From Vicugna vicugna (Eukaryota): 64,000 nt of DNA. This document shows positions 39,979 to 53,730 of the stretch, in pieces. Below the pieces are notes generated by a model. The model saw nothing but the letters and a program-made list of their open reading frames with translations. It ran no database searches and was not told the origin of the DNA. Both the position numbers and the translations under genes were made by a program. The stretch covers positions 1,054,001 to 1,118,000 of the forward strand of contig MU061560.1 in the NCBI GenBank assembly GCA_013265495.1, in the 5' to 3' direction. Positions within the stretch are counted from its first letter, which is position 1. Each line of letters opens with the position of its first letter.

Positions 39979-39988
39979 TTTATTTATT
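39979..39988 (-). terminator. Candidate distal polyadenylation signal (two overlapping AATAAA)
   Basis: Plus strand tttatttatt, followed on the minus strand by U/GU-rich sequence (tttttttcttgtttg). It lies near the end of the repeat-poor block. Confidence 0.4.
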
Positions 39989-42263
39989 TTTCAAAATACA
40001 TATGAAACAGAATTATATTTCAAGTGCTTTTCCATTTTCTTTTACAAAAGTAAGCATAAACTGTACGCTTCATAACAGCTTTGAGGTTTCATTGTTACAT
40101 AATTCATCTGAACCTGACAAATAAGTTCACACATTTTAAAGACGTAAAAATACTGAGATATGTAACATCTTTTAAAGGTGGTTGCAAAACATTTGTTCTA
40201 AGTAATACAATTATATGCTGTCAAGTTTCACAAATGGTTGGTTACCATGTACAAAAGCCAGATACATGAATTTCAAAAGATTTTTAAATTGCTGTTCTAT
40301 GATACAGAAGTCAAAGATACTAATTTGTACAATGGCTACATAGTATATCACAAACTTCAGTTAAAAAGCCACCTTATGAACAATGACGGAAGGATACAAA
40401 AAAAAAGATCAAATATAATGGATCCAAGTTATTCAATGTCATGTATGAAGTAAATAATTTTCATGGTTTCTGCCAGTTTAGAATAACTGACAAATATCTT
40501 GGACTATTCATTGGTGGAATCATCATATTTACAATGTGAGATATTTCTTTTCTTTTTTGACTTGTTCATTCTCCATTCTTCAATGGAATTCTCACTTCAT
40601 GTGTTCCATAATTTACCTGTATTTTGCAGATGAAACCAATCATTGCTCTCAGTTGGAAGGGTCAATTAAAAGTTATTGCCAATGACATAAACTTGAGTTG
40701 GACTTTTGTTTATAAGAACTAAAAATGCAAATATTTTGTATATTAGAGTTGGTCTACCTGCTTCTTTCCTACACAGTAATACAATTTATGATGCTGTTCA
40801 CATTGGGGATTACTGTGCTTTTAAATGGAAAGCTTAAAGCGTCTCTTAAAAGAAAAAACAAAAAGGTATTTAATAAAATCCACAGAACAATCTACATAGA
40901 TATAAATAGAATAAACCATGCAATTTTTATAGATGATTATTCTGTGACCAGTTTGTTCACAGCCTTAGCGATTATAGGAGGCTTTCTGGTTCACAAACTT
41001 TATTCTATAGCAAAGTCATAGTCAAACATAATTGACGTTTAGACGTTTAGGGAAAACTTTTTTTAATTTTGAAAAAGAAAATAAAAACAAATCCAATGCA
41101 TTAACCTTACTACATTGGGACTTACTTTTCTTAACAGTGTTTGACTCATTTCAATAATATGCATTATTATCCAATGAATCATTTTTGAGAAAACAAAAAC
41201 ATGAAATTGAATAATTGAAATCCATCACCCTGTACAGGAAATAGGGATCCTGTGCATAGCAGATGCAAATCACAACAAAATTTCTGAAGAAAATGGCCAA
41301 TTTTTATACCTTTATGACAAAATCAGGCAGTTTGCTCTTTGGAGAGGATCCTTAGGGATTAGAGCTTAGAAGAAATCATTGTCAGTTTGAGGTTAATGTA
41401 TTTCTGTATAAATACTATCTACTCTTTAGATCCATCAATAGCAAGTTATTTCCAGTGTTTTGGAATAGATAAAAATAGGACTATTCTAATCAATTCTCCT
41501 TATAGGAGTATATTTAAATTTCTTTCAGGCATGACGATGCTTATTTTTCCCTTTAAATATCTTCTACTTATTTTTTCAGTCACCATTTCTAGTATCCAAA
41601 ATGTTTGCATTCAATAAATCCTTAAGACTCACCTCCACCCTTAATTTAATACTTTCTTTTTGAAGTCTATAGCATGATTATCATGCTATCAGGTCAAACC
41701 TTCACAATGAATAGAGTGGAAATAAAAACAATTTTTTACTTTGATGAGAAAACACTTGAACACAATATTAATTAATACCACTGTTCAAATACACATTTTT
41801 TTGGTTAACCGATATTGACAGATGACAAGTATTACCAATGCATCCTTTATTAAATTACTATACACTTTAACATAAGACTGAGCAAATATTGGAAAAGTCT
41901 TTTAATGAAATAGAAAATTCTTACCTTAAAGAGTATCACTAAATAACATACTGGAAACATTTTGTTTAATTAGCTCTCTTTCCCATGTAAAATATATACT
42001 CATTAATTTCTTTTAAATAATGGGTCTTAGTAGGTTCAGATGAATCATATCCTGAGCCATGTCACTGAGTAACCATTAAAATGCTGTGTCATGGGTTTTT
42101 TGAACAGTGTTAGAAGGTTTACTTTCCCCTTAAAAGTTGAAATACAAAGGTGGTTTTGATTTTGCATATGCTTTAACAGTCTATTTTATTTCCATATGCT
42201 TTAACATCTCTGTTTAATTGTTTAACTATATAGATTCTTAATTTAAATGATTTAACTTGTGCA

Positions 42264-42428
42264 GGGAGGGCATAGCTCAAGTGGTAGAGCACATGCTTAG
42301 CACACACAAGGTCCTGGGTTCAATCCCCACTACCTCATCTAAAAAATGAAAAAAAAATAAGTAAAACCTAATTACCTCCCACCCCAAAACAAATTAAAAA
42401 TTTTTTTTTAATTAGAAAAAAAACAACT
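42264..42428 (+). mobile_element. tRNA-Ala-derived SINE (vic-1-like)
   Basis: gggagggcatagctcaagtggtagagcacatgcttagcacacacaaggtcctgggttcaatcccc. Confidence 0.93.
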
Positions 42429-45400
42429 TAACTTTCCATGTTTTTGTATCCTTTCTTATTAAAGGCAGCAATAAATTCTTGGTCTACAAACTCTAAAAGT
42501 TTAAATCAACTAAAGTGCATCAGAACAATCAGAGATGTTTCAAGAAAAAGTTGTAAAGAAAACAGATTTAGTGGAGAATGCATGACTTTCTAAAATCCTG
42601 ACAACTCTAGTTTTTTCTTTTTTTCTAAAAAATTATCAGGTAATTAAATTATAAGATGGAAAAAAAAATATGGAACCCTATTCCATGAAAATATATGTCT
42701 GAGATGATAATATCAAGTATTCTTTTTAAAGAGGTAAAGAAATAACCATGTGTTCAATGTTAAGATTCTGAGTCCCTTTATTTGTTCTAGTCTCTGGCTC
42801 TTTTGACAACTTATTCAGAAATAAGTTAGATTTTGTTTCATGGATAGTAAAGGTTGAGGAAGAAGTGAAATTTTGGCTTTTTCATTTGTGAAGCAATCAA
42901 TTGTTAAATGAAAGCCTTAAGAAATTGATAAGTTCTTTATCATGTCTCCAAATTTTAAAATAACGAACGTTACAGAGCAAGCACAGGCGGAATGTCAACT
43001 AAATATCACAGCCAAATAGGTTCAAATATATTTTTCTTTATCTAAAACCTGAGTCAGTATTGATCAGTTGCGATCTCCCTGCAGTAATTAGAACATGCAC
43101 ACGCTCCCAAAAACTGCATAAGAAAGTGGGTGCCTGGTTCTGTGTTCCCATCTCGAGATCCCTGGCACTACTCCTGAAAATATGTTTACTGAGCTGTGAA
43201 TGTATTAATATCATACGTTTTATATGTAAATCAAAGTATCAGAAACAGGGCTGGCCTCACAAAAAAGTTAAAATTGTCAAAAAAAAAAACATTATTCAGA
43301 AACTAGTGTAAAAAGGCATCTATCTACTGTTCAGATTTTTGTGAGAAGACTGTATATCCACAAACCAATGTTTTTTCATACTCAATTTCCTATTCTCCTA
43401 ATTACTTAGTGAGTTAGGTTAAATAAGTAAATAAGTAAGTAATTAAATAAATAAATAAACAAACAAAATAAAAAATAAAGCAGACAAACAAAAAAAGACA
43501 TCAGTGTTGTTACTCTAATGAATCAACAGTTGTTCATTAGAGTTTTTGTTTTTTTAGATTTATGTTTGGCACATCCCTGAATAAGTCCCTGAAATTAGGT
43601 ATTCATAATATATATACCTAAGCTGCAATTTCAAAATGTGTCAATGCTGTCATTAAAATACAATGTCTCACACAAATTAATGGAGAATATTTGTAACATC
43701 AAATCTTATTTTAAATAATAAATGAAAAATATTCCATCTTCAATTACAAGTAGAAAGAGGGTAAGTTACGTTTGCACAGATGTGTGGCTATGCAGAATGA
43801 GGGCACGTTGTATTGCAAATGGTAGGATTACATTTTTATAATATGAACTATCATTTTTAATAATGCGTGAAATCTGAGTTGTGAATTTTCTCTCCTTAAG
43901 CTCTCTCAAGGATTAACAAATACTCAGCCGTGATGGTTTATTCTAATTTCTAGGAAATTTTTTTTAAATTACTTTAAACAATTATTTTAATCTATAATAG
44001 CCATATTAAAGTCCCCTGGTTGGCTGGTTGGTTGCATTTTTCCATCATAAACATTGACTTTCTCTCCATAGGAGGAAAAGAAAAGCATGAGCTTCTGAGA
44101 ATAAATAAAAGTCCTTAAAATATGTTTTCAGGTGAAAATAATTATTACACTAAAGTACGAAATATAGTTGCTAATTAATGGTAAGCTGAAGCTATTCCTA
44201 CAAACAATCATCTCCAAAAACGTCATTCTATTAAGCCTTCCCCTTTGACTATTTTACTTCTCAATAAAACAGAGAGTTACAAAATGGAAGTGTCGTCTTC
44301 GGTCTTTCTGGCGACAGCAAGTGGTTCTTTTAGGCTTGATAAGGTAACCAGGTATTTTCAAAGAGGTTTCTTTGATTATTTTCAACTAGAAAATGTTAAC
44401 CAGCAATACTTGTTTTCATTAATATAGCACAAGTAGTTTTGAAAAATTTTAGGGAATTGTGTTTGCCTTAAACGTGACTGTGTAAAATATCTACATTTTA
44501 GTTACTGGTAATACCACCATCATATGAGGGATGCCAACACACAAAATGTTAAAACTTTTTATTTTTTCCAATATTTAGAAATAGGAGATTTTGCTAAAAT
44601 CAAAATTCTGTAATTGCTGATAAAATTTTCTCATGCAGATGACTATGTTTTTATGTTCTAACTACAGATTTTCTTGCCTTTTGGGATTCTTGGGGGGGGA
44701 CTCCTTTAACTTTCCATCTTGGGATAAGCTTGAAAGATACACTATCCATGGCACTGAACTAAAAAGTAAGGTTGGGATCATTCAATATAGATACCTTCCA
44801 ATAGGGCCCAGCAATGAGACAATGAAAGATTGGCATGATTTAAAGGAAAGTTCTGTCATGTAAAAATATTTGCATAGTTTTTACAACTAGTGGTCTGATC
44901 CTTGACCCTCATGAAAGCAAATGCCTTTCATAAAAAGACAGTGGGTCAGGGCCTTCAGAGTTTTTGTTTATTTTTATTAAATGTTGAAGTTGTATTATTT
45001 ATGGTATAGTTCTATAATTTGCTGAAAAATAACTCATCCTTTCTTTAAGAAAATATCCTCTTCTAAGGATTAGCTAGCTTCTGATTGGGTTTAAAAGTCA
45101 CCATTACTGCATACAGTCCACACAAGAGCACAGACATTTATTGTACCTTTGGTGTCTGTTATACCCAGAAATACAGGATCTATGTGATAGCTTTGTGTCA
45201 CAAAATAAATATGTCACAGTACTGGAGAAACTTACAAACACTTACGAGTTCTGATTCTATTCACTTAAGAATACTAATGCTACATTTGAGTGTCAGAGTA
45301 ACAGAATCTTTAAAATACCAGTTAAACAGTGCTATAGATATTTGAACTAATACAATTTTAAGACAGTATAAAATAACCCAAATGGCTCAATCTCTATTTT

Positions 45401-46069
45401 CCAGCTATTAAATATTACTCTTAAATTTATGCTCAAAAAGTCCTTTAAATTACAGATTTTTCTCTCTATCTTAAAGAGTGAGCTTGAAAGAAAAAGTTTT
45501 GAGTTTAGCAAGAGCCAAACCTCACCAAGGAAAGATTCTGCTGAGAATGAAAGAATGTATTATCAGACAAGTAATATTAATTTGATTATGTAAGGGTTTA
45601 ATACTGTGAGAGTGAAGTTCAAAGTTTCCATTAAAGTTTATATAGAACCATGTACACAACTAGAAATGAACATAGTTTTAACAAAGTCCAAACCGTACAC
45701 ATGTGACATGTGCTACTTTACGCAGCAGAAGCATTAACAATACTTAATTTTAGGTAAGTATGGATTCTTTTGAAAAAAATGTATTTCCTTGCTTATGCAA
45801 AGAATTTACAACTTATTAAAACACTCTGTGCTAACAGGCTTATGGCACGAAGAATAAAATGCCTTATGTAAGTAAGAACCATTAATATTCAAGTAAAATA
45901 CACCAAGATGTCCAAAGTTAATAAGCAGACAAAAAAAGTGAAAGTTGCGCACGAAGTTTGTTCATGATCAGGATACATTTTAAATGAGGAAATCAAACCT
46001 CTCACTCTTTTCTGATCTGCTGAGTACACGGTCCTGCGTCCTTACTATAATGGTCTTATTTTGGAGGCA

Positions 46070-46141
46070 TTACGGTGTGGAAGGTGGTTTGGGAGATGAA
46101 CAGGATCCTTGACTATCAAAACTGGTCGCCCGGCCAGGTAA
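46070..46141 (-). CDS. SYT10: Synaptotagmin-10 last coding exon portion with stop codon
   Basis: tttcag|TTACCT...CCG TAA; encodes LPGRATSFDSQGSCSSPKPPSTP*. As recalled, this tail distinguishes SYT10 from SYT3/6/9. Confidence 0.95.
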   Translation of the reverse strand, partial: LPGRATSFDSQGSCSSPKPPSTP

Positions 46142-48807
46142 CTGAAAGATAATAATTTCATCATTTAGTGTAAAAAAGAAAAGTGGGTAGTAGTTGTTAC
46201 CTTCTAATAGTGAATATTCACGCATGACAGGCAAGTCTCTGAAGAGAAGACATACATGATCCTCCGTGCCGTTCAGAACTCACCTTCTCAGGTAACGTAA
46301 GGAAACACAAGCATCTCGCAGAGATGTAACAGAGCATGGTACGTGGATGGCTTTGCACAGCAACACTGTGCAGGCGCAGTTCATGACTGCAGATTCATTT
46401 CACATTCTATGACAGGCTTTTAGCCCTTATTGTAACATAATTAATGATTTACCGTAGCTGGGGTAACTGCCAGGTAAGAGCAAGACGGTTCATGACACAA
46501 GAGACTGCATTCCACTTGCTCTAAGGCAGGAAGTGACTTTCATAGGGGCAAATCAATGAAATGAGAGGGACTGAGTTTGGAGAATGAGAGCCACGGATGA
46601 TAAATTACAACTTCTCACAGTCCCTAAACGTTAAATGTGTTTGGAAAGTTTAATTACAACAGAATAAACTTTTGTATCTAGGTAGATGCAGTCAGATTTT
46701 CCAAAGGATGCTTTAGTCTCTGTCTTAGCAACTTACACAGCTCTTGAATAACTGCTCCCTCCTTATTTTAATCCCTGCTCTGGCAACAAGACACATACTT
46801 ACACACTCATCAGTTTCCCAAAATGCAAAATCCAGCCTGTTCTCAGGTTTCTGGTCCCTAGGTTCTGCTTGACCAGTGATGTGGATGTGTGAGTTGACAA
46901 AAAGGAGCTATTTGCTAGAGAAAGTCCATTTACATAATCTTTTTGGCCCACTTGTCCTCTGATAGTCAGCTGCTAAAAAAAAATACCTGGGCTCTTCTTC
47001 TGATGTCCATATTGTAGCTTACTCTTCCTGTGTGTCCTATGGTGACAGTAGTGTCCCCATGTTCTCAGACACAAACACATGCCTGTTCCATAGCTCTCCT
47101 TCACCACATAAATGTGTAACTGCTTATTCAACAGTCATAAATAATTATAATACGCCTTGGGTAACACAACCGGTCCTTTCATTAGTTAAAAGTTGCTGAT
47201 CACATTAGCTCATTTCTCCTTGCGTCATTCCTGTGGACTCCGTAGGAGGCGCATTTCTGTTTTCATTAAACACAGAGAAATGTCACTGTAGACATTGTAA
47301 GTGGTCTGCCCAGGATTAGGCAGCCAGCCAAGCAAGGTACTCTCATGTCTAGGCTCTTAGAATTAATATTCACCTTTCAAACTTTAAATAAAAACAAAGC
47401 TGACAATCAGGAAAAGGATGATAAAGCAGCAGAGTAGACGTTATACTGTAGACAACGCACGTTGTCAAAATGAAACGACCACCTGGCTGAGGTGGACTCA
47501 GGGCTTGTTGAGCTACTACCCGGGGGAAAGTGCTGGGTGAACGTGCTTTTGTGTGTATTTAATGTGAATCATACAAGATTTACGTTAAATGACGAAGTGA
47601 GGTAAAGATCTGGAACATTAACATACAAAAACACGTATCTGTGATGGCGGTTCACGTCTGTTGTCTGAGCATGTGCTGTTTGTACAGTGTTTGTTGAATC
47701 TTCCCTATAAATCCTGAGTCACAGGCCGCAGTCACATTTCTGTGACTAAGCTAAGCTTAGAACCCAGGCCCATGGACATTTAGTTAACTCCACTGCCCTG
47801 CCTCTCCTACTCAACCTGCTGCCTGGACAAGCAGCAGGATCTTGTCGATGGGCGAGACGGCGCTGTATCCTGCACCCACTACGTGGTTATCGATAACTTG
47901 TTACTGAATTGCATAAATTTCATCCTCTATTCCATACATCCTTTTCTCAACCTGTATTACCTCTCAACTAATCAGGTCATATAAATTACTTCCTTTGTGA
48001 CTCTTTAAGATACATTCAGTGTATTGAGTAGACTGACAATTAACTTCATGGCTAAAAATCCTGCTAGAAACGGATACTGATATTTCTCCTGGCTAATATA
48101 ACCATTAACATCAGTTGCAATCAGAGCAAACCTGTGCAGTAGTCTGGACTAAGCACTTAACATTCAGCATTTTGTTTAGTCTTACTCTTTGAGTTTACTG
48201 TATTACAGAGGAAAAGCAGAAACGTGGAGAAGACAAGTTTTGCCCAAGGTTCTCCAATATGTAGTCACACAGCAGACAGAGCCAGGCTTTCAACTCCTGC
48301 AAACTAATGCCTCAGTATTCTAAAAACCTGTGAGGCCTTTCACTCCCTGAGCACAGCCGGGGGCTGCGTACATGCCCCCATACACAGATGAGCGGTGTCA
48401 GATGACAGCGCCTCTGTTGAGGGCTTCTGAGGAGGTGCAGTGAGGTGGCTGCTTTCACGAAAGGCAAGCAGCAATCCTGTTTCCAGTGAGCAATGAATTT
48501 ACTTGATTTCTCCATCTTTTACTGATATAAGTCTTCATACTATGCCAAGAAAATCACAGACTTGCAGTTTTTATGGGCTTACTGTCAAAAGGAATACCAA
48601 ACTCAGAAAGTTTAGTGGTTTTTACAAACCAGCAAGGCACACAGAACCTTGCATACTGGATTATAGAGTCTGTGGGACCAAAGCAAGAACAATGCCTGTT
48701 TTTTTTTTTAAGTGAATATATAAAATGTCAGTGAAATGTTAGCAGATAAATAATATCTAAGCAATAGATTAAAAAGAGAGCAGACGTCAGAGAGCCCCAG
48801 CGCTCAC

Positions 48808-48937
48808 CTCCAGCAAGGGATGCCAGTGTGTTATCGGCTTGCGGTGATAAGCCAGCATCTCGTTCCAGTGGTCTCGCCCAAGACCCTCAGCGTCCAGTCC
48901 TGCTCTACACACTCCTATGACCTCGTTGTGTCCCACC
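48808..48937 (-). CDS. SYT10: Synaptotagmin-10 penultimate coding exon (130 bp)
   Basis: tcatag|GGTGGGA...CTGGAG|gtgagc; encodes (R)[43 protein letters not shown] with the synaptotagmin WHxL motif. Confidence 0.97.
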
Positions 48938-49559
48938 CTATGATTTGGAGAATATTATGCTTTCAGTCCAAATTTCAAAGATTAATGAATTTTTGTACAC
49001 CTTAGCTGCATTTTAAACATATGATTTAAACGGTAGATTCTGTGATAAGTTCTACATAATTTTATGTATTAAACTAGGTTCAGGTCACATGAAAAATCTT
49101 AAGTAACCTAGAATTTACTAAACAGGATTAGCCTTCAAAACTGAACCTATAAAAGGAACACACACAACAATTTCAGCGCCTGTAACTTGAGCACACTTCA
49201 CAATAGGAAGAATGGTGTGAGAGAGAAATGACAGCAGGTCCTTACCTACGTGATGAGTTTCTTCCTTGGAAGCAGACCTATTAACTTTAAGTGATGTCAG
49301 TCAAATATCATTCTTTCCAAAGGGCCTGGATTTCTCACCAAGAGTTTAAGACCCACTTTCTTGTATAAATAACCATAATTAATTGACTCTAAATCGTATG
49401 TCAGTGAACATTACTGCTTGCACCACAATTAAACAGGGCAGGGCTATGTTCAATACCACGGCATTTGACTTATTTTTGCACAGCACCCAAAGCATACTGA
49501 ACAACATTCTTATTTTCTATTCATGTCTTGTTTTCATAGCAACAAATCCAAATAATGAT

Positions 49560-49770
49560 AACTAATGTTTCTGAGAGCTTATTATGTGCCAGACACTGTT
49601 CTAAGTAATTTAAATATACTGACTCAATCCTCACACCATGACCATGAATATCATTATCATCATCTCATTTTACAGACAAAGAAACCAAACACCTAGAAGT
49701 CAAGGGACCCACTCGCCTTTGTACACTTAGTAAGAGGCAAAGGCAGGACCTGAGCCAAGCACATTTGTAG
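49560..49770 (-). mobile_element. MIR SINE
   Basis: gcttattatgtgccagacactgttctaag...ctcattttacagacaaagaaac. Confidence 0.75.
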
Positions 49771-51281
49771 TTAGGTTGTGTCTCAAGAATGGAATGTAAT
49801 TTAAAGGCATTTTCTCTGGGGTTATTCGGACAGACATCTCTAAGGAGACTTCTCAGATAATTGTAGGACTTTTCACTTCTTTTTGCCTGTCATTGATGTA
49901 GAAATGTCCTTAATATGAAGTTTCCCAAACAAGTACGTTTTTCAAAATCACTTTGAAAAAATTTTTCTATTTTATATACTGTCAGTATCCATTTCCCTAA
50001 AATTGTTTGGGTGACAAATGCTCAATTGTATCTACCTTAATCTGTGCTGTGAGAAATTAATAGGAGTAATTTTTTGGGAAAACAGAATGATGACTTGTGA
50101 TGAAAACATTACAGCATTTTTAGAGTTTGCCATTTCAACTAATTCAAGATTTCTCTTTCTCTCTCATTCTTTAAATAGTGATGGCTTTTTTGTATACAGT
50201 GATGTAAACTAATTTCAAATAGATGGTATAAATAATTTTCTTTTTCAGTGTTTCATTTTTCTAGCTCTCATCCAGAGGATACAGTTTAATGTCTCTACGT
50301 TATAGGGTCCTGATTACTAAAGGTTGCACAATAATATAAAATAGACACTCTTTGAATACTTGTGTATGTTTATTCTGTACCATTTGTGTTATCATTAGGA
50401 CAAAATAAATGTAGTAAGACATTGTCTACGTGCTTAATTCTGTAGGTTAAACATACAAGATTCCTTTCAAAAGTCTTATAAATATACAAAGCAAAATAAT
50501 CAGAACTATATAGCAAGGGCCAAATAAGAGACATAAATCTTCAGTGGGACAAAAGTTCAGAGGAGGAAGAGGCTGGTTAGCCGAGAAGGACACAGAAGTG
50601 GTGACCTGATCAGGGCCGAGCAGGGCAACATTTCAGACAAGGAAGGGAATGGGAGCTACAGCAGGACGAGGCTTCAGAGCTGCACTCAGGAGTCTGCCAT
50701 TTGCTTTATGAAAGGGGAAGTGATCAGAGTGTGTGAGCTGGCAGAACTACCCACAAAGCGATGTTTTATTAAGACTGGTGGGAAAGCATCAAGGCAGTAT
50801 CCTTGTGGACACCATTCACTGTCCACTCTTAATACCCACTGTTCACAGGTCCACATTGTGCTCAGGTTTTACAAATGGACAAGCGACTCTCTAAGGGACA
50901 ACTCGCCCTTTCACATGACCAGTTAACAGTGGAGCTCAGGTAAATATCATGACATTCACATTCCAGCCCAGCTGGGAAAGCAAAATTGGCTGATCATAAT
51001 TTCTGTTGTTACTATAAAAAGACTTCACAAAAGAGCTTTCTACAACGTTATCATACAACTTCCACACTCGTTCTCTCACCAGCCCAGGTATCCTGTCCTT
51101 AAGAATGACATCTTTGGGGAAAGAAAAAAGAAATGTTATAACATGGGGAAAAATGAATTTTGAATGAGTAATTTTTTCCCTCTTCCAATTTCAATGAAAA
51201 CTGTTAGAGCAGAAAATAACCTGAAAAGTTGAACTGGATCTACATATGACTAAACGTAGCTGAGCAGAGAGATGAACACAC

Positions 51282-51453
51282 CTGTCGTAATCCATGACTG
51301 CAATGGAGAGGCTGACCTGGTCCACGTTCTCTGGAGGGATGTCGAAAACAATGGCCTCATTGTACACGGGGTTCAGAGTGTTTTTCTTTGTAGTTGTTTT
51401 TCTCTTTTTCAATCTTCGACCCTCACACATCAGAGACACTTTGACATAAGGAT
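51282..51453 (-). CDS. SYT10: Synaptotagmin-10 coding exon, C2B core (172 bp)
   Basis: ttcctag|ATCCTTAT...GACAG|gtgtgt; encodes (D)[56 protein letters not shown](R), including the polybasic patch. Confidence 0.97.
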
Positions 51454-53639
51454 CTAGGAATGGGACGGCAATTTTATTAAAATGAAAGTAATAGTTCAAA
51501 GCGTAAGTAAAACCGTGGTTAATTGTTACTAAATAAGGAAAGTGATATATTAAGCCCGTTAGTATTACCAGTTTTAAATTCAAATGACTTAGCTGGGGGC
51601 CATGGACTCTCTAAAACTTCTTGCTTTAAATGGAAGAACTTATCTTGAATGAGCTAGAAAAGAATCAACTTGACCACCGTGTTTACTAATGTTTAAAACT
51701 CACTAGTTTATCAAGAGCCAATCAAACCTGTAACGTTTCTTTTAGTCACAGCTATTGGAGGGTGTGTTTTGTCCCAGGTGACTTCTAGGGCATGTGATCC
51801 TAACAAGAAGATGTGACTGTATTAAAGTTAATTTCCTTCACAGTGATTTAGAATAAGAAGACTAAAACTTACGAAAGAGCAACATTGTATTTCAACAAGT
51901 ATACAGGATCACAATGAACTGAAATTAGCAAAAACTATATTCATTAGAACCATTTTGAATTGTTGGAAAAAGTACTAAACTTAGAGGTGCCATTTTATAG
52001 TCAGAGGGCTTAAGAAGGAGTTTGGATTGAAGGAATGATTACTATACATCATTTATTAAATGCTCAACAGCATACAATTTAAAAAAAGGTGATATTTGGT
52101 TTACAGATGTCCTCAAGGAACTTTCCTGAAATGCACTGCCTGTGTATGACAACAGGAAAGAGAAAAACTCAGCTGGAATTGAACTATATTTTTATGGGCC
52201 AAAGAGGTCAAATAATTTTTAACAAATTCTACCCCAGTTGACTGACTCGTCTCTACTCTCTTATTCCTGCTACCTTAATAATAACAATAATAATAGTTTT
52301 TTAATAATATTTTTCTACTATTACAGTATTGTAGAAAATTATATAGTACCAATCAAAAGTTTCTTTTAAAAGCCTTACTTTTTGCACCTTGTAATACAAA
52401 GGAGGCATCGTTTTGGGAGGGAGTGTCAGCACTGGGGTGAGTGTGCTACTTGGTTAAAACAATCAGTGTCTGTTCTGTCTTCATTTTTTTTTTTCATTCT
52501 GGTCACTCTTCAACTGTAGCACCACTACCTCTTTTCCTTTTATCATTAATGGAATAATAAGAAAAAAAGTCTTATTTCTTTAGAATAAGCCAAAAAAACA
52601 CGGCAACGTTATTTGAGCAAATGAATGCTTTTTATGCTCTACAAAAATGTATCTGTATTATTTCACAAGCATTTCTACTAATGGGCAAAGACATATTTTG
52701 TGGCTAGTAATAGGGTATAAAGAGGAATACAAGGCAAAAGAGCAACGTTCAGTGGCTGTTTCCTATTTACCTTTCAGTTTTTTTAACAAGAGGAAGTATG
52801 TTCTAAGGAAGAAGCTCGCTTTTGTGGTACACTTTTGTATAGGCCTCTCATCAATAGTGGGAACGAGGCCTGGTTTGTCATTTGCTGCCCCCGTCATGTC
52901 TCTGATGACAATTCTCTACTAGTGACAAAGATAATTCATTGGCTTCTTAGTTGATTTACAAGCCTGTTGTAAGAATTAATGAGGTGATGTTCTTAAAGCA
53001 GGCATTCCCTCAATGAGAAGCTTCATATAAGTAAAAAGTAGTCTTGCACTCAATGACAACTTCAGTGCTGTTTGCTTGTCTCAAAATTTGGTTCTCTTAT
53101 GATACATGACAGAAAGAGTAAAATAATTTGCACAATACACTACTTATCTTTAAGTTCTTCAACATTTACTTACCTAAGAGCTTTTCACCAAAAAAAATAT
53201 GGAATTTACTTACTTCCTCGGTATCTTTATATTTCAACTATGCACTGCAGATTTTAAAAAATGAAGAGTAAATTCATGACATAGTTCAAAAATGAGGTAA
53301 CAGAGATCGATGTGCAATGAGAAGTGCCCTCTCATCTGTCCCCATACCTCTCCACCTCTTAGTTTTTATATCACTTAAGTATTTCTCTATGCAGATATTA
53401 GCAACATGAATATATACTCCAAGATTCCCATTCGTACGTAGAGGGGAATTATATATTTATGCCTGCACCTCAATTTTTTATTCACTTAGTATACTCTGGA
53501 GTTCCTTCTACACTAGACCTTAGAGTTCCTCCTACTTTTTTGTGATGCAAATTTAATCTGTTTTTTTGTTCTGAAGAACCAAACAGCTATTGACCTCCCT
53601 CCCCATGTCATCCTTTAATATATCTATACTATTATTTGT

Positions 53640-53730
53640 TATTATTGAGTTATAGTCAGTTTACCATGTTGTGTCAATTTCTGGTGTACAGAACAATTTT
53701 TCAGTCATTTTTTTAACTGAGTTATAGTCT
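53640..53730 (-). mobile_element. Very short LINE-1 3' terminal insertion
   Basis: attgagttatagtcagtttaccatgttgtgtcaatttctggtgtacag, the same terminus as at 37.5 kb and 61.3 kb. Confidence 0.8.

Larger units (their letters stand above)
39960..46069 (-). other. SYT10: SYT10 3' UTR; proximal part certain, distal extent putative
   Basis: Follows the stop codon; AT-rich and almost repeat-free. Minus-strand AATAAA hexamers include 44558-44563 and the overlapping pair 39979-39988. Confidence 0.45.

Noticed and set aside
48787..48807. Intron read-through C-terminus LLEVSAGAL*
   Set aside because: The donor is strong (GAG|gtgagc) and I saw no nearby minus-strand polyA signal; no evidence of use.
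51191..51583. 130-aa ORF as a standalone gene
   Set aside because: It is the 172-bp SYT10 exon plus in-frame intron sequence; the splice sites define the real exon.
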